A stretch of DNA of 62,130 nt, filler included, from Globobulimina sp. (GCA_003354225.1; 29 parts of 29 records of this genome joined end to end with filler, not necessarily neighbours in it); one strand, 5' to 3'. Shown: positions 1 through 10,735, counted from the first letter of the whole stretch. Notes: generated by a model from the letters alone, not told the origin. Translations and numbers: made by a program.

Positions 1-209
1 AGTTGAAGTCAGATCACCACAATGAAAATTAGCTCAATAGTTGTGACTAATAGGATAGTATAGGATAGGAACCTAACTGTAAGATTAAAACCAGCTTAAA
101 TAGAGTTTTCCTATTTAACCTTGATTTTGCTCATGAGCTACTTTTCTTAATCATTTGTGATTTGTCAGAGAAAAAACTTAAGTAAACGTTCGTCCAGATC
201 TTAATTCAA

Positions 210-1321
210 ATGCCGTTACAAGGAAGATGCAAAGTATTGCTAGTATTAGTAATATATATGGCATTGTTGGTTTTACAACAACAACAAGAACAATCACCCA
301 TTAGATCACAATTATATGCAGCAAATCCTGTTTTCAGTGTCACAGATTTATTTGCAAGGCCAGGTGATTTCAGAGCTCTACTTCATTTTGAGCCAAGTGT
401 ATTTATTAGAGAAATTATATCGTATATGGTTGAATTGGAGGCATTATTATTGCCAAGAAACTATTTAATTCGTGCAGATTATCAAGCGTTGGGATTTGTG
501 TTACATTGTAGAAAATGTCAAATTGATTTTATTTTAAGAGTTATTCGTTATGTGTTATGGACACGAAGAGTTCCTGTATCATTATTATCATTTATATTTG
601 ATCAATGTTTATCTGTTACATATGAAGATATTCATCATATTGCAATTTTGTTTGTGGATAAATTAGAAGACAAACATATCAATCCAATTATACCAAATAC
701 CCCTCGATATTATGACAAAATTGGATCTGGCCCATTTCGTCATTTCCCACGCGCATTAAGAGCCATTGATATAGTTAAAGTATGTACAAATGTTTAATTG
801 TTTACATATTATACGCATTTGCGCATTGTACACAGGTTCATATGACAAGACCATATAATGTCAATCATGCAGATTATTTTGATGGACGTCTTCATCAATA
901 TTGCTTTGGATATATGCTATCTATAGATAAAGACGGAGAGTGTGAAACATATAATGGTCATTTAGGAGGAAGACATAACGACATTAATAATTATTACAGC
1001 AGTGATTTATATATAAATCCAGGTTTATATTTTGGTCCTGGTGATATAGGATTAGCAGATGGAATATTTACAGGTGTTCATCCTACACTTGTTGGCCCCA
1101 TTAATCGTATGGTCAGACCATTAACACCTCAAGAACATCGATTCAATGATTTACAATCATGGGACCGTGCTATTGTTGAAAATTATATTGGTAGACTTAA
1201 AAGTGGATGTCCCGTATTACGTTATTATACATTTGGTGTTGATTCTATCAATTACGTGTTTGTTAGCTGCGTAATTTTAACAAATATTCGAATAAAATGT
1301 CAAAATCGATTAAGACAATGA
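210..1321 (+). mobile_element. PIF/Harbinger (IS5/ISL2EU-like) DDE transposase, two exons 210-779 and 836-1321, about 351 aa
   Basis: Removing the phase-0 intron 780-835 (GTATGT...CACAG, 56 nt) joins the two ORFs in frame. The product has an HTH-like N-terminal part, then FPRALRAID (D1), GRHND, LADG (D2), LTPQEHRFN...RAIVENYIGRLK (E) and CVILTN, matching the DDE_Tnp_4 pattern. Confidence 0.85.
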
Positions 1322-1416
1322 CTCACTACATAATTACATACATAATGCTATACATAATGTAATTTTAATTTAAAATTTCTTGTTATATAAATGTTTGTGA
1401 TAATTTTGTTGTTTCC

Positions 1417-1490
1417 TTCAAATTCACACAACAGTCCTTCAAATTCACATAAAACCAAAAACTTTCTAGTACTTCAAATTCACACAACAG
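1417..1490 (+). repeat. Three direct copies of CTTCAAATTCACA downstream of the transposase
   Basis: Copies near 1417, 1437 and 1472, at the boundary between AT-rich and more GC-rich sequence. Confidence 0.8.
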
Positions 1491-2047
1491 AATGGCAGCT
1501 CTCTTCTTGCGTTGCAGCTCCATTCAGCACAAATGTACGGTACGTTTGTGTTCTATGAATTTATTTCGGCTGTTTAATTCAGCCGTACATACTATACACA
1601 TAAAAACGAGCAATAATGGACAGCATATGCAGCAAGAATGGGATTGGTCCGCAATGGACATTGTAGTGGCGGGATGCGTTTGGGAATGGTCCGACGAATA
1701 CGGCATGGCGGAGATGATAAATCCTTCGCATATTTTAGCTGTAATGTCGCAGCCAATATATCCAGAAACCGTCAATAACACAAAAACGCGGAAACGCAGC
1801 AAAACGCCGCACGATCCATCCACGCCAACCATAGTGACGTATGACTGGGACGCAATGACCAATGGCGAGAATGGGACAATTTGCAAAATGACTATGGCTC
1901 TTTCCAGATGAACAAAGCCACACTGATCACGCCGCAAGCTATGCCGCCAATGACGCAGCGCTTCGACGGCCGCATCTCACTGCCATTGTACTCCAACAAT
2001 ATGAACAAAACCACATCGGCGCAGAGCTACATTGTACAGAACAGTCA

Positions 2048-2147
2048 NNNNNNNNNNNNNNNNNNNNNNNNNNNNNNNNNNNNNNNNNNNNTTAATTAAT
2101 TAANNNNNNNNNNNNNNNNNNNNNNNNNNNNNNNNNNNNNNNNNNNN
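2048..2147. other. Artificial contig spacer N44-TTAATTAATTAA-N44 (first of 28, recurring about every 2146 nt)
   Basis: Identical 100-nt linker carrying stop codons in all six frames; flanking contigs fall from 2047 to 2044 nt, i.e. length-sorted concatenation. Confidence 0.98.
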
Positions 2148-2829
2148 CCTAGTACCTTTAGCAATACTTTATTTGATCATTAATATTGTTGGCTCAACAA
2201 ATATCCAGCTCAATTACTTCATTCATTCGCATCGTAATTCTGAAACGAATAAAAATGAAGTTGCCATCACTTTTGACGATGGCCCTCACCCGGATATAAC
2301 TCCAAAACTGCTTGAGTTGCTGGATTCAAATAATGTAAAAGCTACATTTTTTTGTGTGGGAAAAAATGTTACTGCCAATCCTGAACTTGTTAAAACCATT
2401 ACCGATAATGGCCATGTGATCGGTAACCACAGCTATGGTCACTCTAAAATTTTTGACTTGCTCTCAGCATCAAAAATGCAAAAAGAAATATTAGAGACAA
2501 ACAATATAATTGTTTCCATAACTGGAAAATCACCACAGTTATTCAGGCCTCCTTATGGTGTTACAAACCCAATGCTTCGCAAAGCAATAAAAAGCACAAA
2601 TATGATTTCGATAGGGTGGAGCCTGAGGTCATTTGATACCGTAAGAAATAGACAAGAAGTTTTAGCAAAATTAAAAGCTAATACACTCCCAGGTGATATC
2701 ATCCTTTTTCACGATACAAACCCAAACATTCTTACAATCATTGAAGACTATATTATCTGGTTGAAAAAAAATGATATTAAAATTGTAAGTTTGACCAGTA
2801 TGTTAAACATATTAGCTTATGAAGAATAA
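2148..2829 (+). CDS. Bacterial polysaccharide deacetylase (CE4/NodB), 5'-truncated
   Basis: TFDDGP, ATFF, NHSYGH, FRPPYG and ILFHD motifs; overlaps the next ORF. Confidence 0.93.
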
Positions 2830-3469
2830 TGTATTGTTAATCATCGTATTGATTATGGTATTAGGGTCACTTGCCTCCAATGCGCAAAGTGATGAATTTA
2901 ACCCGGTTATTGATACAGATGCTTTGAAGTTGAAATTAACATTACATGCAGCTTCAACTAATAGTATTGAAAGCAACTTTGTTCAGGAGAAACACCTTTG
3001 GATGTTAGACGAAGTTTTGATCAGTGAAGGGGAATTTCTTTTTAAAAAAGAAAATAACGTTAAATGGCAATACACCACACCCATTGAGTATACTATTATT
3101 ATTCATAAGGGAAAGTTTACCATTGTAAATAACAATAAGGTGAATGAGTATAGTATTGATTCCAACCCGCTTTTTCGCGAGATTAACAATATGATTGTCA
3201 CTGCCATTCGTGGTGATTTTATTGATAACCCTGATTTTGATGCAGAATTTTTTGAGAGTAATGATAGCTACTTGGCAATACTTTCACCAACCAATAATGA
3301 TGTAGGTTCCATGCTTGAGAAAATAGAGATATATACTAATCGAGAGAATATGGAGGTTAAAAAAGTTGTTTTTCGTGAACCCGGAGATGACTTTACTCTG
3401 ATTACCTTTAATAACAAGAAGGTCAATTCTATGTTATCGGATGACAAATTTTTAATTGATGCCAAGTGA
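2819..3469 (+). CDS. LolA-like outer-membrane lipoprotein carrier protein
   Basis: Signal peptide, then SIESNFVQEKHL...SEGEFLFKKENNVKWQYTTP, the LolA-family pattern; operonic overlaps on both sides. Confidence 0.8.
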   Translation: MKNNVLLIIVLIMVLGSLASNAQSDEFNPVIDTDALKLKLTLHAASTNSIESNFVQEKHLWMLDEVLISEGEFLFKKENNVKWQYTTPIEYTIIIHKGKFTIVNNNKVNEYSIDSNPLFREINNMIVTAIRGDFIDNPDFDAEFFESNDSYLAILSPTNNDVGSMLEKIEIYTNRENMEVKKVVFREPGDDFTLITFNNKKVNSMLSDDKFLIDAK

Positions 3470-4113
3470 GGGATCAACTTTTTATATACACAATATTCTG
3501 TATAGCAATAATCTCAATGTTGTTTATTATATCCTCATGCTCAATTAAATCTTATAAACCAATATCAGAATCTGAAAAGACTAAAATTACAGTACCTCAT
3601 ATTTTTGATATTAATTTCGAGAAGGCATTGTACAAAACAACCATTGATATATACGGAAATAACATAACTGGACTTACTTTAATTAAGAAAACTGATAATG
3701 CATACAGAGTTGTTTCAATGTCGGAATTGGGACTAAAATATTTCGACATTGAATTTCCCTTCGACAAACAAAAACCCACCAAAGTCCATTACATTATGGA
3801 GGCCTTAAATAAGAAGCTTCTTATTAAGGTTGTCAACAATGATTTTAACTTGATATTCTTTCCACCTGAGACTGGCAAATCGCAAGTTATGATCAACAAT
3901 GATGACAACGAAAAGATGCTTATTACTCATAAAAAGTTTGTCTATTTTTTTAATTTCTCCGGCAATATTACAGAGATCAAAAAACGACATTTGTTTATGA
4001 AAAAGAAGTCATTAATTAGGATATCCGGATATGAAAAAAATTATCCTCAATCAATTTATATTGATCATGGAAGTATATCTTTTGATTTTGCAGGGATTGT
4101 TAACAGCAATTAA
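3466..4113 (+). CDS. Bacteroidota lipoprotein of unknown function
   Basis: Hydrophobic N-terminus with lipobox-like ISSC; GTGA start/stop overlap with the upstream gene. Confidence 0.75.
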   Translation: MRDQLFIYTIFCIAIISMLFIISSCSIKSYKPISESEKTKITVPHIFDINFEKALYKTTIDIYGNNITGLTLIKKTDNAYRVVSMSELGLKYFDIEFPFDKQKPTKVHYIMEALNKKLLIKVVNNDFNLIFFPPETGKSQVMINNDDNEKMLITHKKFVYFFNFSGNITEIKKRHLFMKKKSLIRISGYEKNYPQSIYIDHGSISFDFAGIVNSN

Positions 4114-4294
4114 CTTTGTAGATTAATCTTTCCAACTTTCATATTACAAACAACCAATAATGGATCTGATTTGAATTTTTATTATGCAGCACTGNNNNNN
4201 NNNNNNNNNNNNNNNNNNNNNNNNNNNNNNNNNNNNNNTTAATTAATTAANNNNNNNNNNNNNNNNNNNNNNNNNNNNNNNNNNNNNNNNNNNN

Positions 4295-4621
4295 GTGATT
4301 ATGGTGGATGCCTTTATTGGCACCGGGAACAGAGCGAGAATGGCGTTGCAAGTGATCATCGATCATCATGTTCCGCCGCAAAATATATGTTTTATTTCAT
4401 TGATTGCATCACAAGATGGCATTGTCAATTTGGCCAAAGTGTTTCCCAATGTTCAGTTTATCACTGCGAGTATTGAGCACGTTGGAAGTGATAATGATAA
4501 ACATTGGGAGACCGCGCCGGTTACATCATCGTTGGTGCTTAAATATTGTGAGGCTGCGGGGATTGATATTGTTGAACAAGAATGTGACTCGTTACCGATT
4601 GCAAATAACATTAATACGTGA
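4295..4621 (+). CDS. C-terminal UPRTase-like domain (uridine kinase-like/UCKL1 type), 5'-truncated
   Basis: VIMVDAFIGTGNRARMALQVIIDHHVP...ISLIAS..GI..LAKVFPNVQFITASIE. Confidence 0.75.
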   Translation: MIMVDAFIGTGNRARMALQVIIDHHVPPQNICFISLIASQDGIVNLAKVFPNVQFITASIEHVGSDNDKHWETAPVTSSLVLKYCEAAGIDIVEQECDSLPIANNINT

Positions 4622-5565
4622 TGCATTTAACAAACTTTCGATTGTTTGGATCTGGATTTGGTTCATTTCTCTGGATTCGGAATGTCTTTATACCAAAGAT
4701 TATAATGGAATTTGTGATGATTGGTGGCAAGATCCAAACAATTGATTGTTTGTAGATTAATATTTTTACCCTGTAAACTTATAAATTATTATGTTTGTTT
4801 TTTCTGCTGTCGTAAATATATAAATTTATCTGTTGCTTTTATTTACTTATAAACGATAAATACTTGTTATTATTTTTTTCTTCATGTTATTATTTTTTTT
4901 CTTCGAAACTCTTTTAAATCCAAAAGTTTTTTTGAAGCATCCTTCCAAGTTCCAACAGGTTTAAATTTATATTTATTTTCATTAAATCTATCCATATTTT
5001 GCAGTCTCTTTTTCAGACGCGGTATACAATAAAAAATCAGGATTGGTGCACTGGGCATGCAGTTCATGAACATTTTCTAACAGTGTGTTTATTTAATCAT
5101 TCTTATTTTGAGTGGACTCATCCAAAAAGTCCAAATAAAAACACTGTTTTCTAACCAGAATGCCAGTTTAAAATGTGAAATGTGTGATAATACATACTGA
5201 ACCGTCCCAACAACAAGCAATACCAAACAATAATAATAACCAATATGACAAGGAAATCCTAGTCTATTTCAACAATGCTGTCGTCAATTTTAGGGCATAA
5301 TTTTGCTGTAAAGCTGGGGTATGGATCATAATTAAGCACAATCACTATCATCTGAATCCATCCGACTGTTGGTTGGACCAAGAAACACATTCCCATTTAT
5401 CCATATAAATTGTTCAAGATCGTAACGATGAGTCTGCCCTTTAATAATAATTTAGCGAATGTGGTGGTAACTGGATGAATTATGAAGATTATGAGCATAT
5501 GATATAATTAACTAATTTCGATCTAATTTTATATAATTATTCATTCAACGTTAAAATAAATTAAA

Positions 5566-6341
5566 ATGGGTCTCAATGATAAGGGAAATTTGATATTGGA
5601 ATCCATAGAAATTCCACGAAAAAGATCAATCCACAAATACCGCTGCTATGTGTATGCATTGCCTTTAATAGTCAGTTATTTGAATGTAGCTTTACTTGGT
5701 GCATTTTTTGGATATACGTACCAAGGTGGTATCGACATTCCTACTGTTTCCGTTCCTTTATCAGCGCCGACAGATGTATCAGAAACAGAATTAGATTTTG
5801 ATGAATGGTGGATAAATAAAACATGGCATAGTTACAAAGAGCAAGAATCACAAATCGAATCACAATATAATCATTTGCGATATTATGAAAAACGAGCAAA
5901 TATTGATGCAATGTTTAGTCGTTTTGATGCAAATTGGCCGTGTTTATGGGGTGAAACAGTGATTATGGCTGGTAATAAAACTGGAGATGGAGCAAAATGG
6001 GGCTGCGGTGTGCAATTATTACAACAACAACAGCATCAGCAAAAATGTATAGTATATTCTATTGGAAGTAATAATGAGTGGTCATTTGAAGAAGGAATAT
6101 ATGATTTATTACCACATTGTAACATATTTACATTTGATCCAACTGTAAAAATTGCAAATATTCCACCTCGAATTGCAAACCAAGTTGAATTTAGAAAATG
6201 GGGATTGTCAGGTATCGATAATCTGAATCAGGGCATGGGAGATTACTATTTATTATCATCAATAATGAGGAAATTAAATCATTCACATATTGATATATTA
6301 AAAGTTGATGTTGAAGGATATGAATGGAGTTCATTTTTTAA
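5566..6341 (+). CDS. Type II membrane methyltransferase (METTL24/Methyltransf_22-like), 3'-truncated
   Basis: One N-terminal TM helix; GDGAKWGC, CIVYSIGSNNEWSFE, IFTFDPT and HIDILKVDVEGYEW motifs. Confidence 0.85.
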
Positions 6342-6441
6342 NNNNNNNNNNNNNNNNNNNNNNNNNNNNNNNNNNNNNNNNNNNNTTAATTAATTAANNN
6401 NNNNNNNNNNNNNNNNNNNNNNNNNNNNNNNNNNNNNNNNN

Positions 6442-6996
6442 GGATTACAACAATGGATTTCAATATTGTTGGGTATTGCATTGATATTATCAGTTGTTGC
6501 TCCTGCATTATTTCGCGGAAAAGTAAAACTTGAACGGTTCTTTTTCGGATATGCCGGTAAAATGATTGGCAGCTTCCGCAAACTATTTGCAATCAGTACA
6601 ATACCTTCACTATTTCTTATTGGGTTGTTAAACGGACTTCTCCCATGTGGATTGGTTTATATTGCAATTGCAGGGGCAATAAATACAAACGACCTTATCA
6701 ATGGCATTTTTTACATGCTAATTTTCGGCATTGGGACTATACCAATAATGCTTGCAATACCTATAATTGGAAACCTTATTGGTAACGCTATTAGAAAAAG
6801 ATATTCAATAATCTTGTCGGGCTTCATAATCATTCTGGGTATCATCTTCATATTAAGAGGATTATCATTAGGTATACCCTATATCAGCCCACCGAAGAAA
6901 ATGCTTGTTCCCCACGAGAAAAATATGAAGATGCATACTAAAGGTCCGAATGAAAATAATACTATCACACGATCAGGCTGCTGTGGAAGTGATTGA
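6442..6996 (+). CDS. TauE/DsbD_2-like membrane protein (heme-copper oxidase maturation type), 5'-truncated
   Basis: GLLNGLLPCGLVY and MLIFGIGTIP motifs, LRGLSLGIPYISP, C-terminal CC. Confidence 0.85.
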   Translation, partial: GLQQWISILLGIALILSVVAPALFRGKVKLERFFFGYAGKMIGSFRKLFAISTIPSLFLIGLLNGLLPCGLVYIAIAGAINTNDLINGIFYMLIFGIGTIPIMLAIPIIGNLIGNAIRKRYSIILSGFIIILGIIFILRGLSLGIPYISPPKKMLVPHEKNMKMHTKGPNENNTITRSGCCGSD

Positions 6997-7138
6997 ATAG
7001 TTGTTTGTGAAGGGCAAAAAATATGTTTTTCATTGGGAAGATTTAAATCAATATATACCAAAAGCGAGGCACATAAAATCCATTAATAAAAAATATCTGA
7101 ATTTTTAATTAGAATGCTTCTAAATAAAAATTGTTTAG

Positions 7139-7146
7139 TATTTTTG
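7139..7146 (+). promoter_or_regulatory. Bacteroidota-type -7 promoter element TAnnTTTG
   Basis: TATTTTTG about 25 nt upstream of the cytochrome c ATG with no Shine-Dalgarno; another match (TAACTTTG) at 4111-4118. Confidence 0.55.
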
Positions 7147-7171
7147 CAAAACAAACCTTTAAATATTAAAC

Positions 7172-7636
7172 ATGAAAAATATTAATAAAATTCTTCCAAT
7201 AACTTTGATTATTATAGCCATATCTCTTTCATTTGGCTTGGATTCTGATAAATTAATTGTAACTGATAATCCTACAACATCAATTGTCCCGGCTGATGAT
7301 CCTGCTGCGGCTAAATATCCCAAAGGAGCTAAGATTTATACTACAAAATGTGTTGCATGCCATCAGGTAACCGGCATGGGTATCCCAAATGCATTTCCAC
7401 CATTAAAAGGCTCCGACTACCTTATGGCAGATAAAAAACGTGCAGTTGAACAGGTACTTAACGGCTCACATGAAGAAATGGTAGTCAATGGCACAACATA
7501 TAATATGCCTATGCCATTTCAGGTTGATACACATGAAGATGCTGTAGCTGTAATAAATTACGTGTTAAATGCATGGGGAAATGATGGTGGAACAATAACA
7601 ATTGATGAAGTTAAGGATATTAAGATTGTAAGATAA
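7172..7636 (+). CDS. Monoheme c-type cytochrome
   Basis: Signal peptide, CVACH heme motif, G.GIPNAFPPL, Met ligand in YNMPMP, YVLNAWGN. Confidence 0.92.
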   Translation: MKNINKILPITLIIIAISLSFGLDSDKLIVTDNPTTSIVPADDPAAAKYPKGAKIYTTKCVACHQVTGMGIPNAFPPLKGSDYLMADKKRAVEQVLNGSHEEMVVNGTTYNMPMPFQVDTHEDAVAVINYVLNAWGNDGGTITIDEVKDIKIVR

Positions 7637-7719
7637 CCCGTGTTCAACATATTATAATGCAGATTATTGGCTTAGCAAACTGCGTTTTGTTATTTTTACA
7701 ATTGTAAAATAACTTCATC

Positions 7720-8214
7720 ATGAAAAAGTTACTCTTTCTTCTTGTTTCAATAACATTTATATTTTCTTGCGTTAATAATCCGGACAGGAGCAATTCAGAT
7801 ACAGCCAATGAAGTCGTAATTGACAATCCAAATTTATATGGCGAAATAATTACTCACGAAAATGCAGCTGATGCTCGAAGACTGCCCATACTTTTGGAAG
7901 CAGCTTCAGAAAAGGAAGTTACATTAATCGGCAAGGTTGACAGCGTATGCCAGATGTCTGGATGTTGGCTCAATATGGATTTGGGAGATGGTAAAACAAT
8001 TCATGTGACTTTTAAGGATGGAGAATTTGTTGTACCAAAAGATATTGCGGGCAAAACAGTAATAATGCAAGGGATAGCCTCGAGAGAAGATATGTCAGTT
8101 GAGTTACTTAAAAAGATTGCCCGAAATCATGGTAAATCTGAGAGTGAAATTGATTCAATTCAAGTTCCGCTAACCGAATATTATTTTGAAGCTGCGGGAT
8201 TAATTGTAAAGTGA
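7720..8214 (+). CDS. DUF4920-like lipoprotein
   Basis: Lipobox FSC; VCQMSGCW and VTFKDGEFVVPKD motifs. Confidence 0.8.
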   Translation: MKKLLFLLVSITFIFSCVNNPDRSNSDTANEVVIDNPNLYGEIITHENAADARRLPILLEAASEKEVTLIGKVDSVCQMSGCWLNMDLGDGKTIHVTFKDGEFVVPKDIAGKTVIMQGIASREDMSVELLKKIARNHGKSESEIDSIQVPLTEYYFEAAGLIVK

Positions 8215-8377
8215 TTTCACAATAATACTTGATATTAATAGGGCTGCTCATGATAGTTTTGCCTACTTATAAATTGAATTTCTTAAATATGCGATATATC
8301 ATAAATATCGTTGTTGTTGTTATTTAGATTTAGTCTAAATTAGCCGGCGTAAATGTAGTTAACATATCTATTTGAAA

Positions 8378-8488
8378 ATGAGATTATTTAATGATTGGAT
8401 AAGCACAAGTTTTCTGCTATTATTATTAACCATCCTCCCTTCTTATACCATCGCACAAGATGAGTTAGGTGTATATGAACATCTGGAT
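8378..8488 (+). CDS. N-terminus of a probable SCO/SenC-family protein, 3'-truncated
   Basis: MRLFNDWISTSFLLLLLTILPSYTIAQDELGVYEHLD: signal peptide plus ELGV.EHL; respiratory gene context. Confidence 0.4.
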
Positions 8489-8613
8489 NNNNNNNNNNNN
8501 NNNNNNNNNNNNNNNNNNNNNNNNNNNNNNNNTTAATTAATTAANNNNNNNNNNNNNNNNNNNNNNNNNNNNNNNNNNNNNNNNNNNNTTATTGTAAATT
8601 TATATTAGTTTAT

Positions 8614-10317
8614 TTAGTTATGACAAAGATATTGTGCTTGCACTCCATTTTTCACTGAACTCCCTTCATTATTAAAAATATGAGAAATCCCACCATTTCC
8701 AGATAAAAAGACATCAACACAATTGGTAACATTTGCAGTATTCGGTCCAACAAATCCGGAATTTACCCAAACAGTATGATCACGAAAAAATGAATAAGCG
8801 CCAAGACCAACTCCCACAAATTTGTCCCCTTTGATTCTAAACGAGGTATAACCATTCGATCCATAATCAGCATTCACATCATATGGAAACTCAGCTTGAT
8901 AGAAATGCCACTGTCCATTGTTTCTTTTCCGTTGCACCAACTCTTGCAAAGTATGCGCCACCGCTAAACCCTAAGCAATCACATTATTTCCATTCACAAT
9001 GATCCCAATTTGAACTGGATTATGTCCATTGGACACACTCCCAGCAACATCATGGTCTGCCCTCCATAGCCAAGTTCCATCCACAATGACATTGTCCGCA
9101 TTGATCTTAAACATTGAATGCGTTTTTTGCTGATACACATTGGGATTATTCGGGCCTCCAACCCGCGCAAAAACATCATACATAACACCGGGATTCGCCG
9201 CATCACCGCTAAAACCACCATCAGCTCCGAATTGTAACAAAGTGTCAGAATTTGTAGAACCCGCTTGTAACAACATGGGACCTACAATTTTGACGCCAAC
9301 ATTGTTCCCCACAGAGATCGCATTATTCCCATTGGTTGGCGTCAACACCGGAAAGCCAATACCCATCAACACAGAATCATCGCGACTTATCCTGATGGCT
9401 GAGGATAAATTGTAATTGCCAGCGGTCAAAACCACGGCTAAACCTGCGCTTAATTTCGAATTTATAACATCTGCAGAATCTTTTTCTGTGGATACGTACA
9501 CATTGGCAAAGTCAATCACTTTTGATAAAGTGGTGTAGTCTTTGCTTGCTCCATTTTTATTAGTTTCTACGCGGGGAACATGTAACTTATATTTGCCACT
9601 GCTATCAATGACAATATATGGCTTTTCCGCAATTTTCGGTGTCTGGGCAATGGTGGAATATTGTATATGACCACAATGTGAATTGGGTGCATTCTTACAG
9701 CCAACAAACACCATGTTCCAATTGCCGCCCTTCCAAGAACTCATTTCAGTGTTTCTGGAGAACCATTGTTGCTGCGAACCACTTAAAACTTGACCAGATA
9801 TTACCGAATCTGCTAAAAAACCACCTGATGAGTAACCATTTTGCGATAAGCTTAAATGTCCATTGATATGTACTTTCCGTAATGGTGCTGCCTGAGAAAC
9901 ACTCCACATAATATCTTGGTTAATACGGAAGTTTTCGGCGGATCTCCAAAAATTGCATAGTGCTCCAGTACTGGGATTGGTTGACCCATCCCAGGATGCT
10001 ACACCTTGTATGGTAGTATCTGTTGGCGATACTCCCATGCCATAGACTGACGTATAATATCCAACGTTTACATTTACAGAATGTGAACCTGGTTTAAATA
10101 AAAACGCATAGCGATCATTACTAAATTGTCCATGCAAAGCAGGACTTGTTCCACCTTGTTCTGCAAAGACTTGATCTACGATTTGTTGCGTGTGCGATGC
10201 ATCGGATGGATCAAACACGTAAACATGAGGCGGCCAAGTGGGTGGATTTGGTTCTGATTGGGTTAACAAAGCGAAAATCAAAGGAATCAATACTAGCGAT
10301 AAAGTATAGAGCGCCAT
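8614..10317 (-). pseudogene. Secreted bacterial-type GH55 exo-beta-1,3-glucanase interrupted by one in-frame TAG (8971-8973)
   Basis: Signal peptide; VYVFDPS, QFSNDRYAFLFKPG, NFWRSAEN, WSVSQAAPLR, SGGFLADS, WLWRADH and FYQAEFPYD motifs; the two ORFs are in the same frame. Confidence 0.8.
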
Positions 10318-10368
10318 GGTTATGTTCAAGGTGGAGAAAGGTTTTCTTTTAATAAAAATGTAATCCGA

Positions 10369-10635
10369 ATGGATTTTTATTACAAAGCAAAACAATTCTT
10401 TAAAAATGGTGATTGGATATCAGCAAAAAACGCACTGTTAGAAATTGTAGCAAGCAATCAACAAAACAACATAGACCCGAAGGTATATGGGAAATTAGGT
10501 GATGTGAGTTCAAAATTAAATCAATTCTCAGACGCTGGACTGTATTATTCCAAATATATCACTTGCTATGCCAATAATGATACTCACAATGTAACTAAAC
10601 AACTGACGAGAACATACCTGAAATATGCCAATTTG
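10369..10635 (+). CDS. TPR-containing protein, 3'-truncated
   Basis: YYKAKQFFKNGDWISAKNAL and VYGKLGDVSSKLNQFSDAGLYY are TPR-like helix pairs. Confidence 0.65.
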
Positions 10636-10735
10636 NNNNNNNNNNNNNNNNNNNNNNNNNNNNNNNNNNNNNNNNNNNNTTAATTAATTAANNNNNNNNN
10701 NNNNNNNNNNNNNNNNNNNNNNNNNNNNNNNNNNN

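Noticed and set aside
1492-2047. ORFs downstream of the transposase as the Harbinger Myb/SANT partner
   Set aside because: No recognisable trihelix or YqaJ pattern; several short competing frames
2092-2103. Regularly spaced TTAATTAATTAA as a biological repeat or CRISPR-like array
   Set aside because: Always embedded in N44 flanks; it is a synthetic six-frame-stop linker
1-8488. Transposase next to bacterial genes as a horizontally transferred island
   Set aside because: They are separate contigs; adjacency results from length sorting
8971-8973. Genome-wide TAG-to-Tyr reassignment
   Set aside because: Only one case, inside a cluster of other substitutions; long conserved genes here (ABCB, myotubularin, BCAT) have no internal TAG
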